A stretch of DNA of 64,000 nt from Promethearchaeota archaeon. GTDB taxonomy: Archaea; Asgardarchaeota; Lokiarchaeia; Sigyniarchaeales; SOKP01. The stretch covers positions 110,080-174,079 of the forward strand of contig JAHPZE010000006.1 in the NCBI GenBank assembly GCA_019058365.1. Direction: 5' to 3'. Below the pieces are notes generated by a model. It did no database searches and was not told the origin of the DNA. It saw only the letters and a program-made list of their open reading frames with translations. Position 1 is the stretch's first letter, and each line of letters starts with the position of its first letter. Below, one piece after another: positions 8,882-18,220 of this stretch. The translations under genes and the position numbers were made by a program.

Positions 8882-9481
8882 TTGGTTTTGACTTCAACAG
8901 AGATAAAAATTTCTAGAATTCTCGAAAATGGAATTGAATTCTCTTGCCAAATGTGTGGTAAATGTTGTAGAGGGTTCAATGATGGTGAAGTCTATTTATA
9001 TAAAGATGATATACTTAAATTAGCGGATTTTTTAAAAATCAATGGAAAAAAAGGCTTAAGAGATTTCGCAAAAAAATATCTAAAAGTAGTAGATGATAGC
9101 TTTTTCTGGAAAGAACCTGGAGCTGAAAAAGGTAAAACTTATCGATATAAAAACCTTGGATTTAAATTTACTGGAGGAGATGAGCAGTGTCATTTCTTAA
9201 GAGGAAATAAGTGTAGTGTTCATACAGCTCGACCCTTCCAATGTAGATCATTTCCTTTTTGGCAAATGATGGTCTCTAGTAAAAAGAATTTTGAAGATTA
9301 TACTAAGAAATGCAAGGGTCTACAAGTTTTAAAAGGAAAATTTTATACAAAGGAGGAAATTTTAAATTGGGCACAAGAGGAATATGAAATAGAAAAGAAA
9401 TACTTTTTAGAAATGAAAAAGAATAATTTTAACATCATGAAAGTACATCCCTATTTATCTAAAGAAATGCTTCAGGAGTAA
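8882..9481 (+). CDS. YkgJ/UPF0153-family cysteine-cluster (Fe-S/Zn) protein
   Basis: 199 aa with CQMCGKCCRG near the N-terminus and later CHFL...CSVH...CRSFPF, the CxxCxxCC family pattern. A TTG start is implied because the first ATG lies inside the Cys motif. Confidence 0.7.
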   Translation: MVLTSTEIKISRILENGIEFSCQMCGKCCRGFNDGEVYLYKDDILKLADFLKINGKKGLRDFAKKYLKVVDDSFFWKEPGAEKGKTYRYKNLGFKFTGGDEQCHFLRGNKCSVHTARPFQCRSFPFWQMMVSSKKNFEDYTKKCKGLQVLKGKFYTKEEILNWAQEEYEIEKKYFLEMKKNNFNIMKVHPYLSKEMLQE

Positions 9482-9489
9482 AATGAAAC

Positions 9490-9885
9490 ATGCCAAAAGG
9501 ATTAATATTCATAAAATATGATGAGCGGAGCGGTATGGAGATTAAAGCAAAATATCCAGAGAAAAAGTTTAAAATTACTGATAAAACCCTAATGCAAATT
9601 CTAAATTTACATGAATTTAGTAAACAAGCAGGGATTGTGAGTTTAACTTTAGAAAATATCAATTTTGTGACTTATTATTCTGGTTCAGATACAGATTATT
9701 TCTTTATATTGATGTTAACCATGCTTGAAAATCCTGAAGATTACGAAGAAATCTTAGAAGAAGTCTCTCAGATCATTTTAAAAAACTTAGAAAAGAAAAG
9801 ATATTTGAAACTTCTTCCTTCACTCTTTAATAAAATTATGGATTATCCTAAATTAAGCAAGGATGGTCTAGATGAACAAATCTAA
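9490..9885 (+). CDS. Hypothetical small protein, possible longin/roadblock-like fold
   Basis: 131 aa, 8 nt after the YkgJ stop. The alternating pattern IFIKYD / MEIKAKY / helix / IVSLTLENINFVTYY / YFFILMLT / acidic helix is compatible with a beta-beta-alpha-beta-beta-beta-alpha small regulatory domain. The fold call is a guess. Confidence 0.45.
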   Translation: MPKGLIFIKYDERSGMEIKAKYPEKKFKITDKTLMQILNLHEFSKQAGIVSLTLENINFVTYYSGSDTDYFFILMLTMLENPEDYEEILEEVSQIILKNLEKKRYLKLLPSLFNKIMDYPKLSKDGLDEQI

Positions 9886-9989
9886 TATTTTTCAAAAATT
9901 TAAATCAGTTCTCAATCAATATATTTAAATTAATTCTATTAAATTGATTTTGTAAAAATAAAAAAAAAAAGGTTATTTTAAAGTTAAGT

Positions 9990-10724
9990 TTAGAAGTCTA
10001 AGATTAGTAAAAGAAAAGCAATTAAGAGCAAACGGCCACTCCATCCCACTATTACTACATTTGTTCCACCAAAAGCTAACCATCCCGCCATGATTCCTGC
10101 AGAACCTGCTACCCACGTAAAGAATACAAAGCCAATTATTAACAGAACCCACCATTCATAGGGTATTTTAATATCAACGAAATCAAAAATGATGATAATT
10201 AGAACAATTGCTAAGATTAATCCAAAAACAGCATTTAAGGAAAAACTGGCAGGTACTGGCTTAGGAAGATAATCACCAAAACCCATGAAAATTATAATGC
10301 AATCGTAGATCCCAAAAGCAGCACCTAGGAGTGCTATCATCTTAGATGCTTTCCATCCTTTCTTTTCACCAAGGAGATCTATTAATGCTGCCATTGTAAC
10401 AATTGTTCCAGCAAACCATGAAGCAGTCACCGCAGGATAATCAGCATTAAAAAAACCAAAAAGGATTGTAACTATACCAATGATAAGCAGAAGCCACCAT
10501 GTAAATGGAAGCTTAATTGGTATTAACTTCCAGTAATTTAAGCCAAGAAAGATAACAATAGCAAATACAAGTTCTATTATTCCAAAAAGAACATATAATT
10601 CTGTACCTGTCCCGGCAGCGTAAAAGTAGGTTATAGCATCAGCACCTAAAAAAAGCATTCCTATAAAAGCAAGTAATTTTACAGCAGTAAGATCTTTTTC
10701 TTCACTTATAGCCATTTTATTCAC
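9990..10724 (-). CDS. Polytopic membrane protein with internal duplication
   Basis: 244 aa, about 8 TM helices. Two halves share LIPIKLPFTWWLLLIIGIV / VDIKIPYEWWVLLIIGFV. Confidence 0.65.
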   Translation of the reverse strand: MNKMAISEEKDLTAVKLLAFIGMLFLGADAITYFYAAGTGTELYVLFGIIELVFAIVIFLGLNYWKLIPIKLPFTWWLLLIIGIVTILFGFFNADYPAVTASWFAGTIVTMAALIDLLGEKKGWKASKMIALLGAAFGIYDCIIIFMGFGDYLPKPVPASFSLNAVFGLILAIVLIIIIFDFVDIKIPYEWWVLLIIGFVFFTWVAGSAGIMAGWLAFGGTNVVIVGWSGRLLLIAFLLLILDF

Positions 10725-11085
10725 TTATGTTTTTTTTATTTAATATTTTATTCCATATTGGAATCAGAATTAAATTATTTTACCCAATTTAAAAGGTTTT
10801 ACATATCTTTTATTATATGCTTAATAGCATTATACATTCAAGAATGAAAAATAGAATAATTTTTGTGAATACTTCAAAAATTTGAAACTATTTATTTTGA
10901 TACGGACTTGAATTTCTCACAGAACCATAATTGAAGATATTTGTTTTAAGTAGATGATTATTAATTATTTTAAATTTGTAATATTACAACCTATGTTTCC
11001 AAAAATAATATCAATAGTTATTAAAAAATCGACTTTATATTAATTAAGGTTTAATAAAGATATTTTATTAGAGAGTAGGATAAAA

Positions 11086-13476
11086 TTGAAGATCGGGCTA
11101 TTTATATGTGATTGTGGTAAAAATATTAGTGGCGTTATCGATAATGATAGGTTAATTAAACATTTTGAGAAATATCCTAATTTATATGTGTTTAGAGACC
11201 AGTATTTATGTTCAGAATTAGGTTTAAACAAAATTATTAATGAAATACGAGAAAACAAAGTCGATCGGGTTGTTATTGCTTCTTGTTCGTTTAAATTACA
11301 TGGATTATTGTTTCGCAAAACCATTGAAAAAGCAGGAATTAATCGCTTTTTAATATCATTTGCTAATGTGCGTGAACAAAATTCATGGGTTCATTATAAT
11401 GAGCCAGAAAAAGCAACAAGAAAAGCAATCGATCAAATAAGTATGGCGATAGAACGAGTCAAACTTTTAGAGCCGTTAGAAGTTCAATATTCAAATATAA
11501 CACCTTCAAGTTTAATTATCGGAGGAGGAATTGCCGGAATAAAAGCTGCATTAGCAATTGCGGATACAGGAATTAAGGTATATTTGGTTGAAAAAGAGCC
11601 TACAATTGGGGGTCACATGGCGCTATTTGATAAAACATTTCCTACTTTAGATTGTAGCATATGTATTTTAGGGCCATTAATGACTGAGGTTAAGGATCAT
11701 CCTAATATTAAATTACTTACTTACTCCACAGTAGAAAGTGTTGATGGTTATATTGGAAATTTTGAAGTAAAAATAAAGAAAAACCCTCGATTTATAAAAG
11801 AAGATGATTGTGTAGGATGTATTGATATCTGTCGAGAAGTGTGTCCAATAGACATAGAAGAAACATTTTTTCCAAGGAAAGCTATAGATGTTCCTTATCC
11901 TCAAGCAATCCCTTTATTCCCAAATATTTTAGAGAAATATTGTATTGGTTGTAAAGCCTGTGCTCAAGCTTGCGATAGAGATGCCATCGATTTTGACCAA
12001 AAGCCTGAAACCATAAAAATAACCGTAGGTTCAATTATAATCGCAACTGGTTTGAAGCCATTTGATCCTTCTGTCTTAGGAGAATTTAGTTATGAGAAAT
12101 ATCCCGATGTAATAACTTCAATGCAAATGGAACGGTTACTTAATAATGATGGCCCAACTCACGGAAAAGTTGTAAAACCCTCTAATGGTCAAGTTCCTAA
12201 AAAGGTTTCTTTTATATTATGTGTTGGTTCACGCAATAAAAAAATCCATCATGATTATTGTAGTCAAGTTTGTTGTAATGTAGCAATTAAACAAGCAGTA
12301 TTATTAAAAAATGAGAATCCGGACATAAAGATTAATATTTACTATACAGATATTAGAGCTATGGGCAAAAATTGTGAGGAATTCTACAACAGAGCACGTG
12401 AAGCTTTTGGAGTGCGCTTCATAAAAAGTAATATTTCAGCGGTTTTAAAAAGTGATACTTCAGATGATTTAATTGTCCGTGGTGAAGATATCATTGAAGG
12501 ATCTCTTTTCGAAAATAAGACAGATTTAGTAGTATTAGCAGTGGGTATAGAACCCGCAGAAGGTACAGATGAGTTAAGCAAAATATTAAATATTTCCCAA
12601 GATCCTTATGGTTTTTTATTAGAGAAACATTTAAAAGTTAAACCTTCAGAAACACTTGTAAGTGGAATATACATAGCTGGAGCAATCCAAGGGCCTAAAG
12701 ATATACCAAATAGTATTGCTCAAGCAGAAAGTGCAGCCTCTAAAGCGATAGGTTTAATAACGCGTGGTAAAGTAGAGTTGGATCCTCACGTTGTTTATCT
12801 TAATAAAGAAAAATGTGATTTATGTAGACTCTGTGAAAATATATGTGAATATAATGCTTTAAAAATCGAAAATAATCAATTAAAGATTATTCAAGCTAAT
12901 TGTTCTGGGTGTGGTGCATGTATAGCAATGTGCCCATATGATGCGCTCTATATTCCAGGATTTCGAAGAGATCAAATTTCAGCACAATTAAAATCGGTTC
13001 TTAGTGAAAAAAAAGAATTTCCGTTAATTATTTCATTTCTATGCAACTGGTGTTCTTATATAGGAGCAGATCTTGCTGGAACAAGCAAAATAGTTTACCC
13101 AACAAATAATAGAACTATTCATGTGATGTGTACAGCAATGCTCAATCCATCACTAATTTTCGAGAGCTTCTTTTATGGTGCTGATGGAGTACTAATTGCG
13201 GGGTGTCATCCGCAAGATTGTCACTACGATACTGGATTCATTAAAGCTAAAGATAGATTTGAGAGTATTAAAGAAATGTTGGCTGAAGCAAATATTAATG
13301 AAAATCGTGTTAAAATTGTAAGTATCTCAGCTGGAGAAGGGGAGAAATTTGCTAAAGTAATAAAGCAATTTAAAGAGGACCTAGAAAAACTGGGTCCAAT
13401 TCATCCCGGTGAATATTTAAAACCTTCTAAGGTAAAAAAACAAGTAAAAGATAAAGCTAAGCTTGATGAAATTTAA
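11086..13476 (+). CDS. hdrA: Heterodisulfide reductase subunit A fused to an MvhD-like domain
   Basis: 796 aa. FAD motif IIGGGIAGIKAALAIA and four ferredoxin motifs (CVGCIDICREVCP, CIGCKACAQACD, CDLCRLCENICE, CSGCGACIAMCP). The C-terminus is MvhD-like: FLCNWCSYIGADLAG...IAGCHPQDCHY. TTG start. Confidence 0.9.
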   Translation: MKIGLFICDCGKNISGVIDNDRLIKHFEKYPNLYVFRDQYLCSELGLNKIINEIRENKVDRVVIASCSFKLHGLLFRKTIEKAGINRFLISFANVREQNSWVHYNEPEKATRKAIDQISMAIERVKLLEPLEVQYSNITPSSLIIGGGIAGIKAALAIADTGIKVYLVEKEPTIGGHMALFDKTFPTLDCSICILGPLMTEVKDHPNIKLLTYSTVESVDGYIGNFEVKIKKNPRFIKEDDCVGCIDICREVCPIDIEETFFPRKAIDVPYPQAIPLFPNILEKYCIGCKACAQACDRDAIDFDQKPETIKITVGSIIIATGLKPFDPSVLGEFSYEKYPDVITSMQMERLLNNDGPTHGKVVKPSNGQVPKKVSFILCVGSRNKKIHHDYCSQVCCNVAIKQAVLLKNENPDIKINIYYTDIRAMGKNCEEFYNRAREAFGVRFIKSNISAVLKSDTSDDLIVRGEDIIEGSLFENKTDLVVLAVGIEPAEGTDELSKILNISQDPYGFLLEKHLKVKPSETLVSGIYIAGAIQGPKDIPNSIAQAESAASKAIGLITRGKVELDPHVVYLNKEKCDLCRLCENICEYNALKIENNQLKIIQANCSGCGACIAMCPYDALYIPGFRRDQISAQLKSVLSEKKEFPLIISFLCNWCSYIGADLAGTSKIVYPTNNRTIHVMCTAMLNPSLIFESFFYGADGVLIAGCHPQDCHYDTGFIKAKDRFESIKEMLAEANINENRVKIVSISAGEGEKFAKVIKQFKEDLEKLGPIHPGEYLKPSKVKKQVKDKAKLDEI

Positions 13477-13633
13477 AAAGCATTTCTAAGGTGATTGAAA
13501 TAATTATCAATTTCCTTAAGAATAAATGTTAATTTTTTATTAATAGCTCTCTTATAATCTTTATTAACAGATTTTTTTATTATATTATATATTACGATTT
13601 TTAATTTTGAAAATGTAATGTAACGGGTTAAAT

Positions 13634-14920
13634 ATGAGAATTCGTGCTGTAACCTTAGGTCAAATCATCCCATTCTTATATAAGAATGAATCAATATTGT
13701 CATTTTTACAAGATAGACTAGTGAACTTTTCCAATTTTACTAATGAATTTAAGAGTATGCTAAAAGAAATTGATATAGAAGTTGAGACAAAAAGATTTTG
13801 TTCTCAACCACTTTTTAGTTATGATAATAAATTATTTTATGAAAAAAACCTAAGAGAAACATTAGTAGACATAAATAACCAATTAGGATTTTTACAAGAT
13901 CTGTTTAAGGATTATGAATTTGATTATTTTGCCTGCTGCATGATGAAAGCAGATCAAATTGAGGAATTAGGAATTTTTGAGAAACTTTTATTAAATGAAG
14001 TTCCTCAATTTATTAAAAATCACAGAAAATTTTTTACATCTTTACCAGTCGCGTCAACTGAAAAAGGAATAAATATAGCTGCTTTAAAATCAGGTGCAAA
14101 AATAATAAAAGAATTATCTGAACCAGATCCTTTTAATAATTTACAATTTTGTGTATCTGCTAATGTTGGTTCAAACATTCCATTCTTTCCTGCGGCTTAC
14201 CACCTTTCAGAAAAACCTGCCTTTTCTTTAGCCTTAGAAATGGCAGATGAGGTAATAAACGCTATTGAAGAATCAGATACATTAAAAGAAGCCCAACTTA
14301 ATTTATTAGCAAAATTTAATGATATATATGATAATCTGACAAAAATTGCTGAAAAAGTTAGCAGGAACTACAATATTGAATTTAAAGGAATAGATTTCTC
14401 TCCAGCTCCTTATCCTATGATTGATAAGAGCATTGGAACTGCTATTGAAAAATTAGGAATTGAGTATTTTGGAGCTAATGGAACATTAACAGGGGTAGCT
14501 TTAATAAAAAATTCTATTCCTATTAATAAAGAGAAGGTAATTGGTTTTTCTGGGTTCATGCAACCAGTTTTAGAAGATTTTATTTTATCAAAAAGATTAT
14601 CTGAAAACAAATTTAATTTAGATTCGCTCTTATTATATTCTACTATGTGTGGAGCGGGTCTTGACGTAGTCCCACTCCCTGGAGATATAACAGAACGCGA
14701 ATTATTTTACATTTTACTCGATGTTTGTACGATATCTGTAATATTAAATAAACCTTTAACTTGTAGACTTATGCCAATTCCAGGTAAAAGTTCTGGTGAC
14801 GATGTTGAGTTTGATTTTGAATATTTTGCTCCTTCAAAAATAATTGATTTTAAAAGGTTAGTTACTGAGAATAAAAATGATTTATTCAATCGAAATGAGA
14901 AAACTTTAAAATTTCTTTAA
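13634..14920 (+). CDS. UPF0210/DUF711-family protein
   Basis: 428 aa. The N-terminal MRIRAVTLG and overall length match my recollection of DUF711 proteins. Family-level call only. Confidence 0.5.
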   Translation: MRIRAVTLGQIIPFLYKNESILSFLQDRLVNFSNFTNEFKSMLKEIDIEVETKRFCSQPLFSYDNKLFYEKNLRETLVDINNQLGFLQDLFKDYEFDYFACCMMKADQIEELGIFEKLLLNEVPQFIKNHRKFFTSLPVASTEKGINIAALKSGAKIIKELSEPDPFNNLQFCVSANVGSNIPFFPAAYHLSEKPAFSLALEMADEVINAIEESDTLKEAQLNLLAKFNDIYDNLTKIAEKVSRNYNIEFKGIDFSPAPYPMIDKSIGTAIEKLGIEYFGANGTLTGVALIKNSIPINKEKVIGFSGFMQPVLEDFILSKRLSENKFNLDSLLLYSTMCGAGLDVVPLPGDITERELFYILLDVCTISVILNKPLTCRLMPIPGKSSGDDVEFDFEYFAPSKIIDFKRLVTENKNDLFNRNEKTLKFL

Positions 14921-14990
14921 TAAAATTTTTTAGAGAGCGTTTCTAGTTATCTTTTTGAAAAGCCTCAAAAATTATACTTGCATTATTTTT

Positions 14991-15446
14991 ATGAGTGAAA
15001 AGAAGGAAAAAAAACCATTGCGATTTTTTAATGAAGCTGTCGAATATATTGAGAAATTCGATACACAAGGAATTTTAATCGAAGAGAGTAGAGTTCCTTT
15101 AGAAATTAGAAATTATAACTCAAATTTTTTAAGAGATGAAATGATAAATGAATTAAATAATCTGAGAGATCTCATTCGAAATAATCCAGATTTAAAAATT
15201 GAGAAGTTATCCAAAGAAGAGCGCGATATCTTCTATAGTTTCATTAAATTTGCAAGTGTTTGTCCAGTTTGCGGAAATTCAAATCATTTCTTCAATTTAA
15301 AACGACTATTTTTTGATGAAGAAAAGAAATTTTTAGTAAAAGAATTGTTAAGATTAATGACTTTAAATAGCAGAAAATTAAAAAAGTTTAACTTACAGCT
15401 AGGTATTCCTTGCTGTAATTGTTACAAGAACTTTTTTGAGGAATAA
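14991..15446 (+). CDS. Hypothetical protein with a Cys4 zinc-ribbon-like motif
   Basis: ATG at 14991 (the ORF track extends to a TTG at 14955). Contains CPVCGN ... CCNC. Confidence 0.45.
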   Translation: MSEKKEKKPLRFFNEAVEYIEKFDTQGILIEESRVPLEIRNYNSNFLRDEMINELNNLRDLIRNNPDLKIEKLSKEERDIFYSFIKFASVCPVCGNSNHFFNLKRLFFDEEKKFLVKELLRLMTLNSRKLKKFNLQLGIPCCNCYKNFFEE

Positions 15447-15464
15447 ATTAGAATTTAGTGTTTT

Positions 15465-15803
15465 TCATTTTAAATAATCTACCACTTTGCCACCTTGAGT
15501 GATTTCATAAACAATCTCATCTGTTTTTTCATTATTTTCAGACTTAATACAAAAAGCTTTAATCAAAAAATCCATATTATAGTTAAACATATGCTCATCT
15601 TCGAGAATATTACGTTCAATTAAAATTTGTAACAAAGTGCTTTTTGAAACTTGTTTTAAATCGTTTACTATATTTAAAATTTCTCGGCGAATAGGATTAT
15701 TGACAGCTCTTAGATACAGATCATGCAAATATTTGGTTCCTTCAAGTGATTTACTAAATTCTTCCATCGTTTTATAATTCTTGAAATCGAACTCATCAGG
15801 CAT
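15465..15803 (-). CDS. ArsR-like winged-helix transcription regulator
   Basis: 112 aa. AVNNPIRREILNIV followed by SKSTLLQIL fits the ArsR/SmtB HTH pattern. Confidence 0.55.
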   Translation of the reverse strand: MPDEFDFKNYKTMEEFSKSLEGTKYLHDLYLRAVNNPIRREILNIVNDLKQVSKSTLLQILIERNILEDEHMFNYNMDFLIKAFCIKSENNEKTDEIVYEITQGGKVVDYLK

Positions 15804-15943
15804 ATTTCAATAAAACAAACAAGAAAGAAAAATCTTTTGTCTATAATAATAAAACTAATTATACCTTGAAATATAAAGGGACTTTAAATATTTGGATTTA
15901 AAGTAAGTAATTGAAAATAATACTTTTTAAAAAGTGAAAAAAA

Positions 15944-16228
15944 TTGGAAAAAATTAAAATAACACACAGCCCAAAAATAGAAACTATTAATACGAACGAG
16001 AAAGTTGGGGAAAAAATTGATAGCTTATGGACTGAAAATACATATATTAATAAAAATTTAAAATATGAATCTAAGAAACTGATAATAAAACTAGAAACTA
16101 ATGGAAAGGAGAAACGAAAGATATTACTAAAACTTGAAAGCGGGAGCCCTAAAGTTCACTCAAGTAATTATAATCTTATTTCAGAATTATTGAAAGAATT
16201 TTTTAACAGTGCAAACAATTTTGAATAA
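15944..16228 (+). CDS. Hypothetical protein
   Basis: 94-aa ORF with only a TTG start and no recognisable motif. Lysine-rich. Confidence 0.3.
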   Translation: MEKIKITHSPKIETINTNEKVGEKIDSLWTENTYINKNLKYESKKLIIKLETNGKEKRKILLKLESGSPKVHSSNYNLISELLKEFFNSANNFE

Positions 16229-16362
16229 ATAATTAAAAGTGTTTTTTCAAATTCTTCCCTTCGAAAACTTTTTTATTATAGAAATTAAAAGTAAAATATT
16301 TTATTGTAGGTCACCTATTTCTTCATTAAATTTAATCTAAAAGTAAATTTGATGTGGAAAAA

Positions 16363-17424
16363 ATGAATTTTGAAGAAATTAAAAAGTTATTAGGTTCAGA
16401 TGCCGATACTTTACTGAATCATGTATGTACCGGAATTCCAAAAGAAAAGATTTATCCTCCGGGACCCGATTTTGTAGAACGAGTTTTTGAACATTCAGAT
16501 AGAAATAATCTTGTATTAAATAATATGGAACGCTTATATAATCAGATTGGTAGATTATCAGGAACTGGTTATCTCTCAGTATTACCCGTTGATCAAGGAA
16601 TTGAGCATTCTGCCTCAGCTAGTTTTGCTGTGAATCCTTCATATTTTGATCCTGAAAATATTATCAAACTCGCGATCAATGGAGGTTGTAATGCTGTTGC
16701 TTCTACTCTTGGTGTGTTAGGTTCTGTGGCAAGAAGATATGCTCATAAAATTCCATTTATAGTGAAAATCAATCACAATGAATTACTCACAAAACCCGCA
16801 CTTTCAGATCAAACTCTTTTTGCGAATGTAGAACAAGCATTTGATATGGGGGCAGCTGCAATAGGAGCAACAATATATTTTGGTTCTTATGAATCTAGGC
16901 GTCAGATTCAAGAAATTAGTGAATCATTTAGATTTGCTCATGATTTAGGATTAGTCTGCGTTCTTTGGTGTTATTTAAGAAATCAAGGAGAGTTTATTAA
17001 AAATGGAAAAGATTATCATACAGCAAATGATTTGGAAAGCCAAGCTAATTATCTCGGGGTTACTATTGAAGCAGATATCATAAAGCAAAAACTGTCTACT
17101 CTTAATAGAGGATTCCTTGATCTAAACTTTGGTAAGACAGATAAACTGGTTTATGAAAAACTGGCTCCAGATAATCCAATTGATTGGAATAGATATCAGG
17201 TCGCAAATTGCTATATGGGAAGAATAGGATTAATAAATTCTGGTGGAGAAGCTGGTGGCAATGATCTTCAAGATGCTGTCACTGCTGCAGTGATTAATAA
17301 ACGTTCAGGGGGTATGGGCTTAATTTTAGGACGGAAAGCATTTAAAAGACCAACTCCTGAAGGTATTAAAATTCTTAATGCCGTACAAGATGTTTATTTA
17401 TGTCAAGATATTACTATTGCCTAA
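16363..17424 (+). CDS. fbaB: Class I fructose-bisphosphate aldolase (DhnA/FbaB type)
   Basis: Colinear with E. coli FbaB as I recall it: [76 protein letters not shown]. The ATG at 16363 is preferred over the GTG at 16354. Confidence 0.92.
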   Translation: MNFEEIKKLLGSDADTLLNHVCTGIPKEKIYPPGPDFVERVFEHSDRNNLVLNNMERLYNQIGRLSGTGYLSVLPVDQGIEHSASASFAVNPSYFDPENIIKLAINGGCNAVASTLGVLGSVARRYAHKIPFIVKINHNELLTKPALSDQTLFANVEQAFDMGAAAIGATIYFGSYESRRQIQEISESFRFAHDLGLVCVLWCYLRNQGEFIKNGKDYHTANDLESQANYLGVTIEADIIKQKLSTLNRGFLDLNFGKTDKLVYEKLAPDNPIDWNRYQVANCYMGRIGLINSGGEAGGNDLQDAVTAAVINKRSGGMGLILGRKAFKRPTPEGIKILNAVQDVYLCQDITIA

Positions 17425-17528
17425 AATTTTTTTTATCACTTTTTTTTTCTTATTCTTTAATTAAATTAAAATTAAAAATAAAAACAACATTATTCATAAT
17501 AAAGAATTAATTTTTACTTAAGATAACA

Positions 17529-18125
17529 ATGGGAAAAGATAGGAATTTTAGGCCAGATCCAAATAATAATCCCTATAGAGTCAAACAAACGCCTTCTACT
17601 CCCAAGGGAACGTTTATTGATTTTAATACGAGAAGAATTTGCCCCGCTTGTGGATTAGACATAAAGATAACGCATAATTTCTGTAAACGTTGTGGTGTCG
17701 ATCTAAGCACGATAGAACCAATAGGTAATGACGAAATTTCAAAACAATTAGCAATAACCGCTATTACTGATCCCGATCCTGAAGTACGAAAAGAAGCAGT
17801 TGATACTTTAGGAGATTTTGGGGATGAGAAAGTTTTAGGAGTTCTCACTTATGTTTTATTAAACGATCCAGATGAACATGTAAGAAAGGAAGCTGCAGAT
17901 GAACTTGGAGACCTACACCACCCATATAGTTTAGATAGTTTTACAAAAGCACTAAAAGATGAGAGTCCATTAGTCAGGAAGGAAGCCATAGAAGGATTAA
18001 AGAAGATTAAAAAGAAGATCAAGCCAAAGGACTTAGATGAAGGAAAACCAGAGAGTAGGAAAGATAAAGAAGATAAACCTAAACCAGAAGAAACCACAGA
18101 AGAACGTGATACTGATATGTTGTAA
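17529..18125 (+). CDS. Zinc-ribbon plus HEAT (PBS-lyase type) repeat protein
   Basis: 198 aa. CPACGL...CKRCG ribbon, then three repeats: DPDPEVRKEAVDTLG, DPDEHVRKEAADELG, DESPLVRKEAIEGL. Charged K/E/D-rich tail. Confidence 0.8.
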   Translation: MGKDRNFRPDPNNNPYRVKQTPSTPKGTFIDFNTRRICPACGLDIKITHNFCKRCGVDLSTIEPIGNDEISKQLAITAITDPDPEVRKEAVDTLGDFGDEKVLGVLTYVLLNDPDEHVRKEAADELGDLHHPYSLDSFTKALKDESPLVRKEAIEGLKKIKKKIKPKDLDEGKPESRKDKEDKPKPEETTEERDTDML

Positions 18126-18220
18126 AAATTTTATTATTTTTTCCTTAATTTAAATTAATTCTCATAACTTAAGTTAATAATTAAAAGAAAGATTAATCTC
18201 AAAATTAAGAAGAGATGATT

